Shown: piece after piece, positions 63,001-64,000 of the stretch
Layout: every line of letters begins with the position of its first letter
Position numbering within the stretch: position 1 is the first letter of the stretch
Source of the DNA: Glaucostegus cemiculus
Lineage: Eukaryota
Direction: 5' to 3'
Assembly (NCBI GenBank): GCA_976551045.1
Contig: CDPCPM010000078.1
Coordinates: 6,634,001-6,698,000, forward strand
DNA: 64,000 bases
Translations under genes and position numbers: made by a program
The notes under the pieces: generated by a model
The model's input: only the letters and a program-made list of their open reading frames with translations
The model's database searches: none
What the model was told of the DNA's origin: nothing

Positions 63001-64000
63001 TGGGCCTCCAATTCGTGCCAAAACAACCCACCCACCAGTAAGACACCGCACTTACCCGATGCCAGTACTCCTACAGCAGAACAGTAGCTTAGGTATTAGG
63101 AAAAGAGGCATTTGCCAATATCTAGGCAACTGTAAGAATGTAGCACAACCATTTTCTGATTGCCAGAAGAATCCACTTCAACATTATCAACCAATTTTGT
63201 TGTCAGAAAACAGACTATGTGTCACTTTCTGGCAACGTTTGTTTTCTCTGCCAGCAGATTTACCTTAAAGCGAAAGCCTTACACACTTAAGGGTAAAGAT
63301 ATTGCATTCCAGATGTACATTCTATTCAGATTCCTGGCTTTAAGCCAGAAGGATACAAGGCCCAGGTAATCAATCCATTGTTCCCTGACACCTCTTCTGT
63401 CCATTCATTCATAATCACCAATATGAAATGAGATTCATTTTTCATATCAGCCTCCAAGTAGCTGAAGAGTTCTCCTCATTCTTTTATCTCTTCTTTCTTT
63501 CCTTTTCTTCTTTCTCACAATCTGTTGAAGCATTCCCTACTTTCTTCCCCACACTGCTGGGCTCAGGCACATTCATATATGTACCTAAAAAGGGAATCTC
63601 AAATAACAAGCAAATCTCAAAGAAATACTGACAAGTTAAAAAGCAAAGTTTTGGTAAATTCATATGTAGGAATGTGTGCAATGGCACAGTCAGTGTTTGA
63701 AAAGTCAGATTAATGTTTTAGGCAAAGGCCCTTCCAGAAGATCCTTTTCCTTTCTCAGATGCAGAACAGTATTTAGTTCCCACCTTCACGCCCCCCCCCC
63801 CACCACCAAGTAAAACCAAACCTTTGCACAGGACCTTTACAATGCAAACAAAATTTGTAAGCCCATGTTTACAGTATGCTGTGAACATAAAGAATAACAC
63901 AGAACACATGAAATTTGCTATCATAACCTTAACCACTATGCAATTCTTGCATTGTTGCAAAAAAGTGGACCTCTAATGACATTGCTCTTGCTTAATCTGG

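Overview
AT-rich eukaryotic, most likely vertebrate, genomic DNA. The repeat content (tRNA-derived V-SINEs with CR1 tails, Deu-domain SINEs, CR1/L2/Rex1 LINE fragments, Penelope-derived hairpins) fits a cartilaginous fish; this is an inference from recalled repeat families. The window is mostly intron-like sequence full of decayed transposons. I can support only one host coding exon: a 168-bp, phase 1-1, six-cysteine exon on the minus strand (37091-37258) that resembles exon 2 of CRIM1 but is strongly diverged, so probably a CRIM1-like paralog with very large introns. It is absent from the ORF track. Other notable items: a ~150-160-bp hairpin element present twice with its own target-site duplications, relatives of it carrying decayed hammerhead-ribozyme-like cores, a head-to-head inverted LINE, a collapsed Gypsy gag-pol relic, a HARBI1/Harbinger-like relic, and two spliceable segments sharing an FKIDLF...CN motif. 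No rRNA, true tRNA gene, CRISPR array or prokaryote-type system is visible. Most ORF-track entries are TE fragments or chance ORFs. All family assignments are from memory, not database searches, and TE boundaries are approximate.
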